A stretch of 63,487 nucleotides of DNA, filler included, from Choristocarpus tenellus KU-1152 (GCA_964200185.2; 8 parts of 8 records of this genome joined end to end with filler, not necessarily neighbours in it); one strand, 5' to 3'; shown: positions 38,034 through 52,598, numbered from the whole stretch's first letter. The notes: generated by a model from the sequence alone, not told the origin. Numbers and translations: made by a program.

Positions 38034-39731
38034 AGACATTTGTATCTATCGCTGTACACCTACCCCTTCCCTTCTGCCCGTAGTTCAGTCATTTACCGGA
38101 CATCATTGAGAGGATGGTTGGCCCAGAAGACGAAAAAAATGTTGATTTTACTGTGATGGTACGCGCTCCTGGCCTGTGATGCTTTCATTTTTAGACCGTG
38201 TCAGATTTTTGTCTTTGTGAGATGAGGAGATGAGATAGGAATTCTGAGAAACAGGAAGTGAAACTCAAAATGGATTGAAGGATACTTCTAATAATTTGGG
38301 GGAGTGAATCGTAGCAATTAACATCATTTCATAGCTTGAAATGGATGAGTAGGCGTAAAAATCTGGACGGATGCTAAATTTGTACTACCTCTGTGCCATA
38401 AGTTTGTGCCGCGAAACATCTGGACTCACTGAGCAAGAACACCGCCGAATCGGACGAAAACCCCACGGAATGAAATGAGGTTGACAATCTCAGCTTTCAG
38501 AAAGGTTGGGGGTTGAGGATCATCAGGTGGAAACTCTTATTGGTCTATCTCATGGACCTCTATTGTTGTTATTCTTGTAGAGGGGGGAAAATTTAGTCTT
38601 CGGAGAATTTAGGGCTTCTGAAAAATCCTCTACCTGACACTTCATTCCCATGCCTGACATGCGGTTATCCCCCCTTAAGAGGCTGTGGCTGTAGAAAAAA
38701 GGACAAACATTCGTCCATATAAGCAGGAAATCGTTCTTCAGAGTGCTAGAAGTACATCTACCAGGTGGCAGTGACCCAACCCAATAAAACTCGATTATAC
38801 ACCTCTCTTTTAAGATAGGATATAGCTCTATGCTAGAGGGTTTTGATTTGAAAAAGTCTACGCCAAACCACATTTTAAATACTGCAAAAGTTAGTGTGTA
38901 GTGTATGTACTTCGTGCACACTTTAAGCTCACCAATATATATATATTATATCGCTCCCAACAATATCACAAGAAATTGCACCTCTTCACATCCAAAAATC
39001 CAAGCAGCATACCAAATACTAGGTTTTATACCCTGTACATCCACTAAAGAATGACACAACACATGCAACATCAAATACTTGCCCTACTCAGTATACTCTC
39101 TCTGGCTGCATCACATCATAGGTGGTATGGTATGGCGTATCTTGAATCATAAGGGATCGGAGATAGAAGCACGAAAGAAGATAGATCATCAACACCGAAA
39201 CGGCAACTGAACAACAGAGCAAGCAAGTGCAAATTCTTGAGATGGGTCAAAACACACAATTAGAGGGAAGGGCACATGCAAGTTAATATCCCCGACACTA
39301 GGCCTATATATATCCCTTACTGATTGTCCTGAAAGGAGAAGAATCAAGGAAGATCAACAGACACACATTCCACACCCTGATGTATAGAATATATATCAAC
39401 TCCTCCCCTCCTCCCCCCTCATCAGCCTACTAGTTTTCTTTCAAGGCATAGCAACCGCCAATTCAGTGTATGCGTGATGAGGCAAGGAGAAATCATTTCC
39501 CAGCAAATAAAATCTGTAACTCGGGAAAATCGCAAGGGTTCCCAGATGGAAAGGTCGCAAGGGTTCTCAGATATATTCCAATGTTTGTAAACCAAAGAAG
39601 CCCCAATGGTAAATGATGATAAGAGATCCTAAAAACGACTCCAAATGCCTCTGTTCGAGCTAGAACAACGTAGCTCACTCTTACTGATACCAATATACAT
39701 TTCATATGCTGATTGATTCATTGACAGTGCC

Positions 39732-39803
39732 CTGTTCGATTAGACGCTTCCAACTCTATCGGACAGTTACGGTAAAATATGTATGGAGTAACGGAACAAT
39801 CAA
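39732..39803 (+). repeat. Dispersed repeat family E
   Basis: Near-identical to 43997-44068. Confidence 0.75.
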
Positions 39804-40053
39804 TTAGTGGATGAGTTATCAGAACATTTTACTCGTGACTAGTTGTATGATAATTTTTCTAATATAAAAGGAAATATTTCTGATTTTATGGGGCCTTGCA
39901 TGCCCCACCTAAATTTAATCAATCACTCTACGGACACCAAGCAATCTTGCCGGNNNNNNNNNNNNNNNNNNNNNNNNNNNNNNNNNNNNNNNNNNNNTTA
40001 ATTAATTAANNNNNNNNNNNNNNNNNNNNNNNNNNNNNNNNNNNNNNNNNNNN

Positions 40054-41440
40054 GTCAGGCATACCAAACGCGTAAGACTGCCGACCCGAAGTATCTGGGG
40101 AGGGGGGGGAGTCTACACCAGGGTGTCCATTTGGGTCATGACCAGGAAAAGTGCACTTACAGTATCTATCCAACGTATGCAACCAAATCATACAAAAATC
40201 GGGACATGAAAATTGACCCGAAATGGACCGCTGCCACTCCCCCCCAGTAACTTTGAGCCTGCTCGTACCAAAGCTGTGCTTCCCTCTGGTAATATGCCCA
40301 TTGACAGACCATTTCAACGTGTTGCTATTGATTTGGTAGAGTACAAAACATGTTCCCCAGCAGCAAATGGTGCGATGTGGTGGCACGTCTTATCTGTCAT
40401 TGATCACCTCACTCATTTTGTTGTGATGTGCCCTGCTCCAAGCAAAGAGGGCGCAACAATTGCTCCTATGGTGGTAGAACATGTATTTTCAATTTCCGGC
40501 CCGCCCGAGTTGTTGCCTCCGATCAAGGTACCGAGTTTGAAAACAATAACGTTGCAGAGTTGTAGTCTGTCTTTGGTTACAAGAAAACCAAGACCACACC
40601 ATAACAGCCCAAGAAATTCTGTGTTAGAGAGAGTACATGCTACGTTGCATTCTATGCTAGCAATATATATCTCTGTTCCTGAGGATAACTGAGCATCGTT
40701 GTTGCCTTTCGTACAGTTAACCCATAACGCAGCATTCAGTGCAAAGTTGTATGAAGTCCCTTCTTGTTAGAAGACAAGCTCGTTTACCTACTGATATTAT
40801 CCTTGATTTCTCTATTGCTGATTCAAATGTCACTACTGAAGAGTTTACTCGGCAAACCATAAATTACACCTTGAATTTGAGTTGGCACGCCATAACCTCC
40901 ATGAACACGTCAAAACCAGGAACGTGCCAACAATCGTCTTGTGTTCTCCATTCGTACCTGGTGATAAAGTTCTAGTCCATAGGCCCCATGAGAGTACTGA
41001 TAGTCCGAATCCAAAGTTACTTTACCCTGGAGGGGTTCACATGAAGTACATTATAAGGTATCACCCATCGTGCAGGGAGGGTCACACTCCAGTATTACAT
41101 GGAAACCCACGTCCATTTCCCGTTCATCTGGGTAGAATGAAATGTTACTCTCCTCAAGTCCAACCTCACACACCAGGCTTGAACGAACTGGATTATATGT
41201 TTCTGGGGAAACAGTCACCATTGGCGGATGTAGACCGTCACGCCTCTCAACAGTTATTGACCAGAACACTATCGATTGCATTGTTGGACATACACCTGGT
41301 CGCGGTACTCTCTTGTCCATAGATGTTACCTTTTATCTTACTCTTCTTGGCTATGGACCCTCTTGTGACCTACAAAAGAGTAGAACAGATCCTACAACAT
41401 CGTGAAATAATTGCAGCCTATCGTGCAGTAAATGGATAGG
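40054..41440 (+). mobile_element. Ty3/Gypsy integrase plus chromodomain-like remnant
   Basis: RPFQRVAIDLVEY, VIDHLT, ERVHATLHSML, VHLGRMK, IDCIVGH...GYGP; frameshifted. Confidence 0.85.
40083..40259 (+). mobile_element. MITE family B, complete copy inserted in the Gypsy integrase
   Basis: Ends GACCCGAAGTATCTGGGG...CCCCAGTAACTTTGAGCC; TSD TGCC/TGCT; removing it restores ...RKTARTKA... Confidence 0.85.
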
Positions 41441-42399
41441 ATAACAGTGTTGCCTTGAGATCGTATATACTCATACCATATTCCTTTGCATAGTCTGTAT
41501 ATCATGCACTGCTGTAGCAGTATAACCTATCGTTTAAGTAAAGAGATTATTGAGTGTATGTCTGGTACAGATTTTTGCCCATCTTTTTTTGACTTGTGCG
41601 TCTTGATCCAGATCTTGTGCTACCCACATGTCGCAATCCTTTGCATAGGTTGACCATCTAGTTTAAATAAATCTTTTGAATGTCATATTGTCATACTAGT
41701 AGATGGGTATGTCTATCGTTTGTAAAGAGATCAGATAACTAGTAACATATTTAAGTTAACTTGTTCACGACCAGCATTGACTTAACATGTCGTGTTTACC
41801 AGGGTCAATCTGTCATAGGGTAGCTTTGAAGCAAAAGCCATTCTTGTTTGAAGTCTTGGAGGTGGGGAAAGAGCCTTTGATGTTGCTGGAATTGGAACTA
41901 CGATCAATGAGAACAGTAGAACATTGCCTTTGATATCAGGAAAGGGTCGAGGAGAAGGCCTTCGGGGGCACTGCAGTGGGAAATGACTATTGAGGCAAAG
42001 TGAGCATTTGAGTCTTTTTTTGCACTAAGGTTGCTTGCCGTTTCCACATATTTTTCTGATAATTTATTTTGTGCTGTCAAAGTGCATTTGACTGTTTTAT
42101 TCAAGAAGAAATAAGTGCTTTTGATGATTGCTTTGTGAGGGTTTATCCCCAGTGAAACAATGATTGAAAATGCCACGGACATTCTGCTGATGATGCTGCA
42201 GATCCCGAGTTCAGTGAGGATATGGAGAAGTCAGGAGACGGTGCGGTATACCTGGAAGAGTCAGACACTGAGGTAAGGGTTTTTGATTTAGCAGTTATCC
42301 AAGCCCATGTTCTGATCAAATGTAGCCTGTGTCCAATATCAGTCACATTCGCAGATATGGCTCAAGAGCCACTACTGTCTTGCAGGACGTTGACAACAT

Positions 42400-43620
42400 G
42401 TTAGGAAGTAGGAAAGGGTTCGGAGAGGACAGAAGGACAAGTACTCCATATAGTTGGGAGATATTTGGACTCTCCCTTTTAGAGAGTATGGCAAGGGTTG
42501 TTGCAGCTGGTGCACCAGACATACCCACTGCTTGGGTGCGTTGACAAGTGAAAGACCAGTCAATCAAGAACGCTCCTACGAGGAACTTCTCTCGAACGGC
42601 TTCAGTGCGAATGATATCTGGATGACCAAAGAGGCCTACCATGCACTTACTGTTGCTCTCGTCGCACCCACCACCAGGGCACTGTGCTATACGCTCCAAA
42701 ACCCGAGCGAGCTTTTCCGAGCAATAGATGATTGGTTCATGCCCAATACAATGGGTAATAGCCAACACTTGTTCCGTGAGTTTTTCACTGCAAAGGTTGA
42801 GAAGGGGGTGAATCCGAACCTGACCTTAAACCACTTGGAAGAGCTACGGGGGAGGATGCTATCAATGGACCTGGTGATCTCGGACAAGCTGCTGCTCCTA
42901 CAGTTCCTGAGTGCTCTCGGATCAGATTACGATACCGAGATATTCATGATGGCTCGCAGAGAACACTATGTCGAGCTGACGTAGAGAAAACTGCTAGAGA
43001 GCGATATGCTTCCCTTCATCTGGGGAAGGACTCAAGACACAATAACAGCCATGCTTTGGTTGTTAACAGCTCATCACAAGGGAAGAGTCAGTCTCATCGC
43101 AACGGCCAAGGTCGCGGTGTCGAACGTAAATTTCATGGTGTGGAAGAAAAAAAATATACTTCAAATTCCAACCCAAAACGTTCTGAGAAGATTCCTTGTG
43201 AGAGATGTGGATAGCATGGACATGAGAAGACAGCTTGCCCAAACCGCATTTGCACCAAGTGTGGTGGGTGTGCCCATCATGCTACAATAAGAACTTTGGT
43301 GTTCTTGACTACGGTGCAGTCTGCGAAAGAAGATATTAAGATCGGGGCAAATCCTTCCCACATTACTGTGGAAAGTGTCACCAGCTGCGGCGACGAGGAG
43401 CGATACGCACTACTGGCCACCACTGAGGACTCTCCGAGCAGCAATGCTCTAGGCAAGTGTGGGGCAAACGAATGTTTGGTGTCAAGTGTTGGGGTTGGCC
43501 GTGAGAAAGAAGAATGGATTTTGGACAGTGCGGCTTCATGTCACATGAAAAATATGGTAAAATCCATGACAAATTACAAGCCTTGTGTTGGAGACAAAAG
43601 GGTAGTCATGTTACAGGCGC
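42400..43620 (+). mobile_element. Ty1/Copia gag-protease remnant
   Basis: gag-like ORF 42454-42984, degraded CCHC knuckles, protease motif WILDSAASCHM. Confidence 0.85.
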
Positions 43621-44168
43621 CCCTCAATGCTCACCTTTCCAGGATGTACAAGTCAAGTCCAATTCACAGATTATCGAACGTCAGCTTAGCAGAACAGGGG
43701 TACTCTCAATTGAATCAATCAGTATAAAGTGTATATAAAGTTTGGCATCAAAATAGACAGTGCGAGCTATGTGGGTCTTGTTAGATCAGAGGAACTGATC
43801 TGGTTTGAGCCGTTTTTAGGAAATCTAATCATCATTTGCCGTTGGGGGATTGTTCGGGTTTGCAAATACTGGTATGTATCTGAGAATCCTTTCCGACCAT
43901 CCATCCATGACCCTCTGCAACTACCCGAGTTACAGTTATTCTTCAACTTTCAGGCAAATCGGAGTTCCCTCTTTTGGGGTTCCGCACGCGCGTATACTGT
44001 TCGATTAGACTCTTCCAACTCTATCGGACAGTTCCGGTAAAATATGTATGGAGTAATGGAACAATCAANNNNNNNNNNNNNNNNNNNNNNNNNNNNNNNN
44101 NNNNNNNNNNNNTTAATTAATTAANNNNNNNNNNNNNNNNNNNNNNNNNNNNNNNNNNNNNNNNNNNN

Positions 44169-44368
44169 CACCGCCAGGAGGTCCTCCACTGATACTGCCC
44201 CCCCCACACACAGCACCCTCACCAGCCCAGCCTCCAATGCCCCCAGAAGTGCTGCCTCCAAATCCTCCTGCCCTCCGGTCGCCTCCTCCCCCTCCCCCAA
44301 CATTATCCTTGTTAGATAGGGAGAAGTCTGCCACCTCTGGGCAATCCTCTCGGGCACGCTTTACATGT
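44169..44368 (-). CDS. CPSF30: CPSF30-like exon 4 (runs off the contig)
   Basis: TAG|A, phase 2; HVKRAREDCPEVADF completes zinc finger 3, then a Gly-rich stretch. Confidence 0.8.
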
Positions 44369-44434
44369 CTATTTGAGAGTGTGGCGAGGGGGCAGGAGTG
44401 GTGAGGAAATATGCCCAACAAAAGGTTGCGTACA

Positions 44435-44572
44435 ATTAATAACAAAGACAATTAATAACAAAGACAAATAATAACAAAGACAAATAATAACAAAGACAAA
44501 TAATAACAAAGACAAATAATAACAAAGACAAATAATAACAAAGACAAATAATAACAAAGACAAATAATAACA
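44435..44572. repeat. 16-bp minisatellite (AATAACAAAGACAAAT), ~8 copies
   Basis: Direct reading. Confidence 0.9.
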
Positions 44573-45346
44573 AAAAAAACAATAATGCCACCGTAGAGCA
44601 GAGATCAGCACTTCGAAGGGAGTGAGGAAAAAAGCATTAAAAATAAAATACAGCAATACTACGTAGTACAATGACAAATAACAATAATATCATAATAGAG
44701 TCAAGATGCGTGTAAAGTAGAAGACGATAGACAGCACCATTATGCATTAATAGTTTCAATGCTTGAAATATAGCAGACTACATCCCAGGAGGTGTCAGAC
44801 ATACAAAGCAAGGTCTTATCCGTATCACGTATCAGAAACACAGGTGACACGGTCAGCATGGTACCATGCCAACAGAACAAAAATAGGGGGCCTTTGTGCC
44901 GCCAACTCCCCAAATCTCGGTTCAATGGTGAAGTCAACCAAAATAGGACTGACAGTTCTGACAAACAAACAAACAAAATCTAACAAAAAGAGAGAAGTCA
45001 ACCAAAATAGGACTGACAGTTCTGACAAACAAACAAAAAAAATCTAACAAAAAGAGAGTGAAGCCAAAGAAAAAGTCAGATCTGTTCACCAAAAAGACTT
45101 CCAAGCCACTCTACTGTACATCGGAGCACCGCTACTTCATACAAAAATGTGCTAGCGGAATGATTAATTCAATACCAACACAACACTCTCCATATCGAAA
45201 AATAAATAAATAAATAATGATTAAATTTAAATTAAATTTAAATAAATTTAAAAACACACGCACGCACACAATTCAAGTGAAAAAAAAAAAGAGAACCGAA
45301 AGCTCTACCCAACCGCACTTCTACTGACTGGCCTTAAAATTCAAAC

Positions 45347-45466
45347 CTGAATCTGCAAACCGGCCCCAGGCGGCAAAATCCCTGTGCAAACATAGAGCAC
45401 TCTGCTCGTTCCCCTTCATCCACATGTCGAAAGGGGCACCCCTCTACTTGACACTCCCCTCGCCAT
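45347..45466 (-). CDS. CPSF30: CPSF30-like exon 3
   Basis: 120 nt, phase 2/2; WRGECQVEGCPFRH...ECSMFAQGFCRLGPVCRFR. Confidence 0.88.
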
Positions 45467-46778
45467 CTATTGACTCGGTACCACATGATAGGTGAGCAGA
45501 GAAATCACACAAACAGATAAAGAGGCCGTGGAATCCACAGGGTGGGTGGGTCACACCCAAGCCGGAAGGCAGAGGCAAGGGGAGGGGAGGGGGATGAGTA
45601 ACTACTAACTAAGGAGCTAGTCCATGAGTGTCGTTTTTTCTTCCAGAATAGTCCAAGAATAGTCCAAGGAGTATCATGGATTAAGACCACAGAAATTGAA
45701 ATAATTTATAGTTAACCGTTGATTCCCCATCACAGACATCAGTGGATGGGTTTAGCACCTACACGCCACGGCTGAGCGGGAAGAGTAAGATGAATCGATG
45801 TGAGAAAAAACTTGGTGTACAGAAGGATTTGATCTCAAGGATTGGTTAGGTCATCCCCGCATTCTGGCTTACACGCACTTTAGAGCCCCCTCACCCCCCG
45901 TAAAAAAAAAAAATTAAAAAAAAAAACTCTATTTTCTTTAGTACATTCAGCTATAGCAAAATTGCTAGTATCAATAGATGTGTATGCTTAACAAATATGT
46001 GGTCTTCCTCAACCCCTACCCCCCGCCCCTCCATCAACACACATACAACAATCTGTAGTAGGGGACAAAAACACGGAAGAATCAGCCAGTGAATTCATTC
46101 TCCAGAAGTACCAACTAGATACGAGAAGCTCCATGCACAACTTAACTGCAATATGACAGCTTTCCCCATTTGAGAGAAAGGTGAACCATCATCTCTTTGA
46201 TCAAGCCAGGGACGTAATTTAGCACTAGAGCCATAATTTTGAGAAAAATAGGGAATTATCACTGACTCAATATGGCGGGGTCAACAGGTTGGTATTGCTG
46301 TAAGAGGACAATCACTGGTGGTATAAGCTAAACCTAGCATATCATGAACAGTTTCTTTCACAGTTTTACCCTACCTTAACTAAGCTGCACCCAATTTACA
46401 TCCCTGCATCAAACACTGAATATCTTGTACTTCAACATGCTTCAGGAAGGTGGTGTAGGAATCAGGGCATGAGTTGTAACTTGTTCCATTACCCGTCCAA
46501 TATGATCTGATCAAAATGCTGCCAACCATTGCAATCACTAATAATTAATAAAGTTATATATCTACATTGAAAACAGATTGCTCGCACATTCCTAAATTAC
46601 TTGTTTACTGGCCCACTGCCTTCCCTTTAACTCCACAAACCACAAGTACATACTCCTAGGACACATAACAAGCGATCTTGGTTATCCCCGGTTCCAACTT
46701 GCCACCCTTCTGTACCCCAACACTTTTCCCTGCTCACCCCACCCTACCCTCTCTAACTGGCTACTGGTGGAAACGCAC

Positions 46779-46870
46779 CTGCAAAGGGGCATCTTGTCCC
46801 GATCCATCTTGTGTAAGAACTCGCATGCATCGCCCTTCATGCAAAGCCCACGTAGCCAATGCCGGCACAC
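46779..46870 (-). CDS. CPSF30: CPSF30-like exon 2
   Basis: 92 nt, phase 0/2; VCRHWLRGLCMKGDACEFLH (CPSF30 signature finger). Confidence 0.92.
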
Positions 46871-47479
46871 CTTCGATCGCACACCCGCCAAGGTGCAAGA
46901 GAGGAAACAGAGACATGGAACGTGAGTAGGATTGTTGTGAGATAGGGTGGGTTGGACTATGGGCTATGAGTGGAGGGCTCCCAACATCATCCCTGATATG
47001 GAAAAGGGAGAGGATTTCCGTTGAGGATAAGGTCAGGCAAGACGTGTATCTGAGCTTTGTTCTACTTTGACAAGAAACTCCCAAGAGCGAAATGCAACCA
47101 TGTGAATTATGGTCAACATCATCACAGGTCGGTACAAGTTCCCGCCCATCTAGGCAATTGAGGGAATCACCTTGCTAAATTGATTTCTCTAAGAGCATGC
47201 AATGTGGATGTGGAATATAAGAATAGAAGTCTGAACAAGTCACAGGCCACAGGAGATAGGCATCTTTGGTCAACCTGGGACAGGGCATTAAACAACACTT
47301 TATGTGCAAGGAAGACAACGGAAGGGTATGCTAGGCACACAAGATGGAAAGGCAGACAAATAATCTCGACCAGAAATATCCCATTCGACCAAAACAAGAG
47401 GTCCAAGCAGGAGATATGGAGTAGCACGGGCACGATGAAAGGGTGAGATAGTTTGGCAATGAATCGTACATAACTCCAC

Positions 47480-47596
47480 CTGTGTTCTGAATCGGAAGTC
47501 TCCATTGTATGATGCCACAGCTGACTTCGGCATTGCAGCTTCCACGGCAGGCTCGAAGTCAAAAGAAAGCGTATCCCAGTCATCATCGAGTACCAT
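47480..47596 (-). CDS. CPSF30: CPSF30-like exon 1
   Basis: ATG start, 117 nt; N-terminal LSFDFE motif; CAG|GT donor. Confidence 0.88.
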
Positions 47597-48379
47597 GGTG
47601 CTCTTCAAATCCTAGGCTTGTCCTGGTCTTGGTTGAGTGGGATATTGAAGAAAATGGAGTTGATCAACGCGCGAGCGCGCCTTTCAGAGAGAGGTAAAAT
47701 TAAACTATCTGGATCAAACTGATCCCTCACGTTCCCACAAGTCTATGATTCTGCAACAAGGGTACCATGATATGAACACCACTACTACTGCTGTGGTATT
47801 TTTAACGGTGCCTAAGCCTCCAACTCTAGAAAGTGTCTTTACTTTCACCACACAACCTTTTCCACAAAGATGAACTAGATAACGCCTTCTAGAATATAAA
47901 GAGCATGTGCTCTGTAGCGCCATGGGCGTCCTTATTCCTTGGCGACATTCAATAAACAAGTTTACGATTATGAACATTAACACCCACACTGGAAGGAGAG
48001 GCAAGGGAGGGGGGGATTTCAACGGCAGGATGCTTGGAGCATGTGGTCGAGATGGTCCCAACAATAATAATGAGCATCTGCTGCTGTGTCGAGACAAATC
48101 GACTTCCTCTTGCCAACACCTTCTTCTATACACGTTCGTGGACAATAGGGACGAGAAGGAGAACATTTACTATATTGTAGCAGCCATGTTACGATAAACA
48201 TAAGGGTTCACCCAGTACTCTTGTGGAATGTCATCACCGTATCGTATCGGCAGCAGTTCGCCTCCTGGATCTTTCTACAATAATGCGTTGAAAAAGACTG
48301 ACAAACGACTCAAAAGGGTGAGAGCATCTGCCCTACAGGACTTCCTTGGAGGATAGAAGGTCACAGTCACCGTGGAGAT

Positions 48380-49710
48380 TAAAATAGTTTATATGCTCAC
48401 CTGTAAAGGTTTAATATGGAGAGAACATGTCACGATAAGTTTCAATATATTCATGACGAATCTGGTAAGGCCCTGAAAGATAGGGGTCTTTTAGGAGTGG
48501 TGGAGGAGTTACCATGAGACCATACTCGATGCCAAGTCTGACCACCTCTACCCCGAGCCTGCTGAACCTATCGGGAAACGCCTCATCTTCATGGCACTAC
48601 CTGAGACTTCAACATTGATTAAAGTGGTAGAAGGGATTCGTGTCATGATAAAAATGAGAAGGCAAGAGGACTGGATGACCTTCCTCCACAACTCCTCAAA
48701 CTTGGCCTCAAGGAGGATGGGATTATCATAGAGATTCCCCATAAGGTTGTAGTTGCTGTGTGGAAATAGGAGATTGTGTCTTCAGCTTGGAAAGATGTGG
48801 TCAATATAGCACTCCGCAAGAAGGACCGGACTATCTGTAATAACTACCGAGCAATTGCATTAGTGGCACATGCTGGCAAAGTGCTCCTCAAAGTTGTGAA
48901 GACAACCCAGGGCCTACCTAGAAAAGGAGGACATTGTACACGAGAAACAATGTGATTTCCAACCTCAACCCTCAAAAATAGACACAATGCATACCCTGTG
49001 TGTCCTACTTGAGCTTGGAAGGGAAAAACACATGTACCTTTGTTCAAATGTTTTTTTGGTCCAGTAGGGATGTGACTCTGTTGACCGCGATCTTCTGTAG
49101 ACTGTACCTTCACAATTTGGAGTACGTGCCGGGATGATCTAAGTAATCTGTCAGTTTCATGGTGGAACGAGACCATATATCCACATCGATGATGGGCAAT
49201 GTATTGACTGGTTCCCAGTCAATCAAGGCCTTCATCAGGGATGTGTCCTTGTTCCTATTCTTTTCGACATTTTTTTCACCACAGTGCTAAATCTAGTAGC
49301 GAGGGAGTTCAACTCGGACCTGGTCGTCTCAAGAGACCACGTTATCATCAAGGGAGATGAGAGAAAAATCAAGATCAGTGTAGGAGAGATTGCAAGAATT
49401 ACACCAATTCTTGAGCGCCATCTATGGGGTATGCTCTATGCAGGTGATGCAAGCATTACCTCCAAGACCCAATTGAGCCTGGCCAGGATGATGGCAGTAA
49501 TTGTGAAGGTAGGGGTATGGTGTTTGGGTTTTCCGCGTATGAGCTAAATACAGGGAGTATGTTTCTTGGACCCCCTAATCAGGCTGCACTCGCAGTACAG
49601 ATGCATGCCTTGGATATTAGACCTACAAACAGACTAACAAGTTTGTTTATGTTGCAGGAATATCTGTGAAGATGCAACTGTCACTAATGAGATCAGCAGA
49701 TGGTTTCGAA
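48380..49710 (+). mobile_element. RTE-like non-LTR retrotransposon reverse transcriptase remnant
   Basis: NNYRAIALVAHAGKVLLK, QGLHQGCVL, MLYAGDA (degenerate YADD). Confidence 0.85.
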
Positions 49711-51644
49711 ATGTGACAATAGATAGTGTTTCGCTCATTTTATGTGTATGCTGGTACAAGCATGTAACACAGTAGTGAGACAATTTCATGTGCATTTAGA
49801 ACTATGTTTTGTTTTTGGTACAATACATAGTACCATACATAGCGGTATGACCAGTCAGATGGTTGACTGTGTTGGGTGGTAAAATGACACAAATCATCAC
49901 CATACAATCTATTCAATGTTCAGAGTATGTTTACCAAGATACCCACCAGTAGTTATCGGTAACGAGCCTTGATACGCGAAGCTCTCTCCAACATGCTTAA
50001 GTGTCATAAAATACTCTAGCTGGACGTGCAGCTAGGACTGGAGTGGCTTAGTAGGTAGGTAGACTACTACAGTTACGACCTCAGAGTGATTCCAGACAAA
50101 ACTCCTCCAATTGTCAGAAGTCAATTGTACTGACTGGTTTGCCACAACACGAGCCTTGTTGGGCGCAAAGGGCAACATTGACCAAGCTTTGGAGGATAGG
50201 AAGGACCCTCTTCGTGTGGGTGTGACGTCAACTTCAAGGAGGAAGGGTGAGTGAAGAAGAAGCTGTCAAGATCAACAAGGCATATGACATCCTGCTCAGG
50301 AGCACCTGTCGATTCCACAGATGTATTGTCTGCAATACACCTTCACTTTTAGAGCATGGATATACACTCAAGGGGGTAGCTCCTAATCCAATAAGATGAG
50401 GAATTTGCTAGGCTGTAGAAATTGGTGTTAACCCTCCAAATGCCTAGGGGGTCAAACCCACAAATGATAGGGCATGAGATGTCCAAATCAAAACTACAAA
50501 TAGCCATGCTGAATTGCTTGGATGGTGACTACACGACAACTAAGCACTACCTACAACATCATGGAAGAGAAGGGCATACACGGACAATGATCCAGAGGTA
50601 GCCCAGTCCAAGTATTTGTCTCTACAAAGGGAGGCAGGAAAATGAGGAAAGACAGCGAGTGCTCTTGTTGCCAGAACTATGAAGGCCAATCAACGTAGTG
50701 ACCATAGCACGGCTGGTTATCATGCGAACTCTGATATGACAGGATCCCGTGCAAGGCATGACACGGGAGGATCCCATGTTGACATGACACTACTATCTCA
50801 TGTCAGATGTGAGAAGTGCAGACTGCGAAGGCACAGCGGTCCATGTGTTTATAAAGGAGTTGTTTCAACTGCTGAATAAGGGGGCACCTACACTATGTTT
50901 TGTCGTCAGGTGAAGTTGAGCCCACCTAAACGGGTGGAAGTATTCACTAGCCCAAGGATGGGGTCCTATCAAGAAAAGCAGAGGTTGGAGAAGATTTAAG
51001 GCTATTTTGGATGCTGTTGCCAACAAAAATCAGGTGGGAGTGTCTGGAATCGAGAGGTGGTGCTTTGCTTCGAGGGCTTCCAAAAGTGTGACCAATGACC
51101 CATCTAAACATGTACAATTTCAGACCCTGCCGTGATGGCCACCGGATGACAGTTGTGGACGGCATGTTATCGTCCATTGAGGGGTATGGCATACTTGACC
51201 TAAATATGAAATAGGTCGGGAAGAATGGGCACATGTTACTTCGGAGTCTGTCGCTCTGGTCCCTATGTAGCTTTCAACCTCTCATCCTCATGCCAGTAAG
51301 GCAGATGGGGTCGCTGCTAAGAGAACTGGGGATGCATACTACATATCTGATGGGAAGGGTATTTCTCTTCATCTCCAGCAGGATAGTGATATGTACTCAG
51401 CACATTCCATGCAATTGAAACCCGTGAACTGTTTTTTGTCCGGTCAAGGAGGGGGCAACTTCTATCTGCATATTTCTCCTTCACATCCCCCCAAGCAATA
51501 GAAAGGCAAGTTCACTCTCAGCCCAAGAGCTGGGGGGTCTTGAGAATCGTATCTTCTGGAATGATGGAGGATACAAGAGGAGTATGAGGCTGATATCACC
51601 TGTTTGGATGGAGGTACAAGGTGTGATAAGAGTTTTTCCTGGAT

Positions 51645-51881
51645 GAGTCAAGTATCTTAGAGGGTAGAGTCACGTCCGTTTGGGATTCTGATGTAATTTT
51701 GGCTATCGTGTTTGTTAGGAAGTGTCAATACCCTTGTTCCGGACGCACCTTTTCATAACATATACATTTTACCTACTCCGAAATGTGTCGGAGTAGGAAA
51801 ATGTCATAAAAATACCGTGGGAAGTCAAGTCCCAAATGGACAAACTGGGCAAAACTCGTACCCTCTAAGATGCTTTCACTC
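51645..51881 (+). mobile_element. MITE family A copy 8 (small internal deletion)
   Basis: TIRs present; TSD GGAT/AGAT. Confidence 0.9.
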
Positions 51882-52139
51882 AGATTCATGAGAGTCCAGG
51901 AAGTGGAGAGGACGTCAGCAGAGAAGATGCTGAAAACAAAAGTGGAGGAGATCTCTGGCAACTGGACACTAAAGGTCAGCTTTCTGCAGCATCACAACAG
52001 TGCTGGTGGCCATACAAATTCCTTGGATCTATCTGCTGTTTTAATCTACAAGATTTTGGCATTTGTTTGATGCATTTGTCTGTTCCACTGAGACTACCCT
52101 TGTGATGTGTGTAAGACATGAGTCTATTAGAGTGCTGGC

Positions 52140-52595
52140 GGATGAATTCACTCCAGAACCCAAGACTGTAAAAGAAATGTGTAATTCTCCTGAATGTCAT
52201 TTACAGGATTGAACTATGAGCAAGAGAGATGTCTGGTTTGTTGTTGAGTGACAGTTGGGTGGAAGTCGTGTTGTGCCCTGGACACAGGGCAATTGACACC
52301 AAATGGATTCACAAGCACAAGTCCAATGACTTTGGGTAGGTAGTGAAATATATGACACGTCTGGTAGCAAAAAGAGTTTTGTTAGATTGAGGTGAGGGTT
52401 CAGAATATCAAGATACTTTGCTCCAACGCCATTGCCTGCGTCTTAAAGTATGGTTTTGACTCTAGCGACAGACAAGGGTTGGGATACATCCATTGGGTTG
52501 TGAAGCAAGATTTTGTAGTATATGATTAGAAATTAGGAAGGAGTGATTTGTTCATTTGTGTGATGGGTGTGGTCCATAGTCAGGGAAGATTATGC
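52140..52595 (+). mobile_element. Copia reverse transcriptase remnant
   Basis: EPKTVKE, AIDTKWIHKHK, RLVAK motifs. Confidence 0.75.
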
Positions 52596-52598
52596 ATC

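Noticed and set aside
38550-38921. 123-aa ORF as a host gene
   Set aside because: No recognisable motif or consistent exon chain; lies among TE debris.
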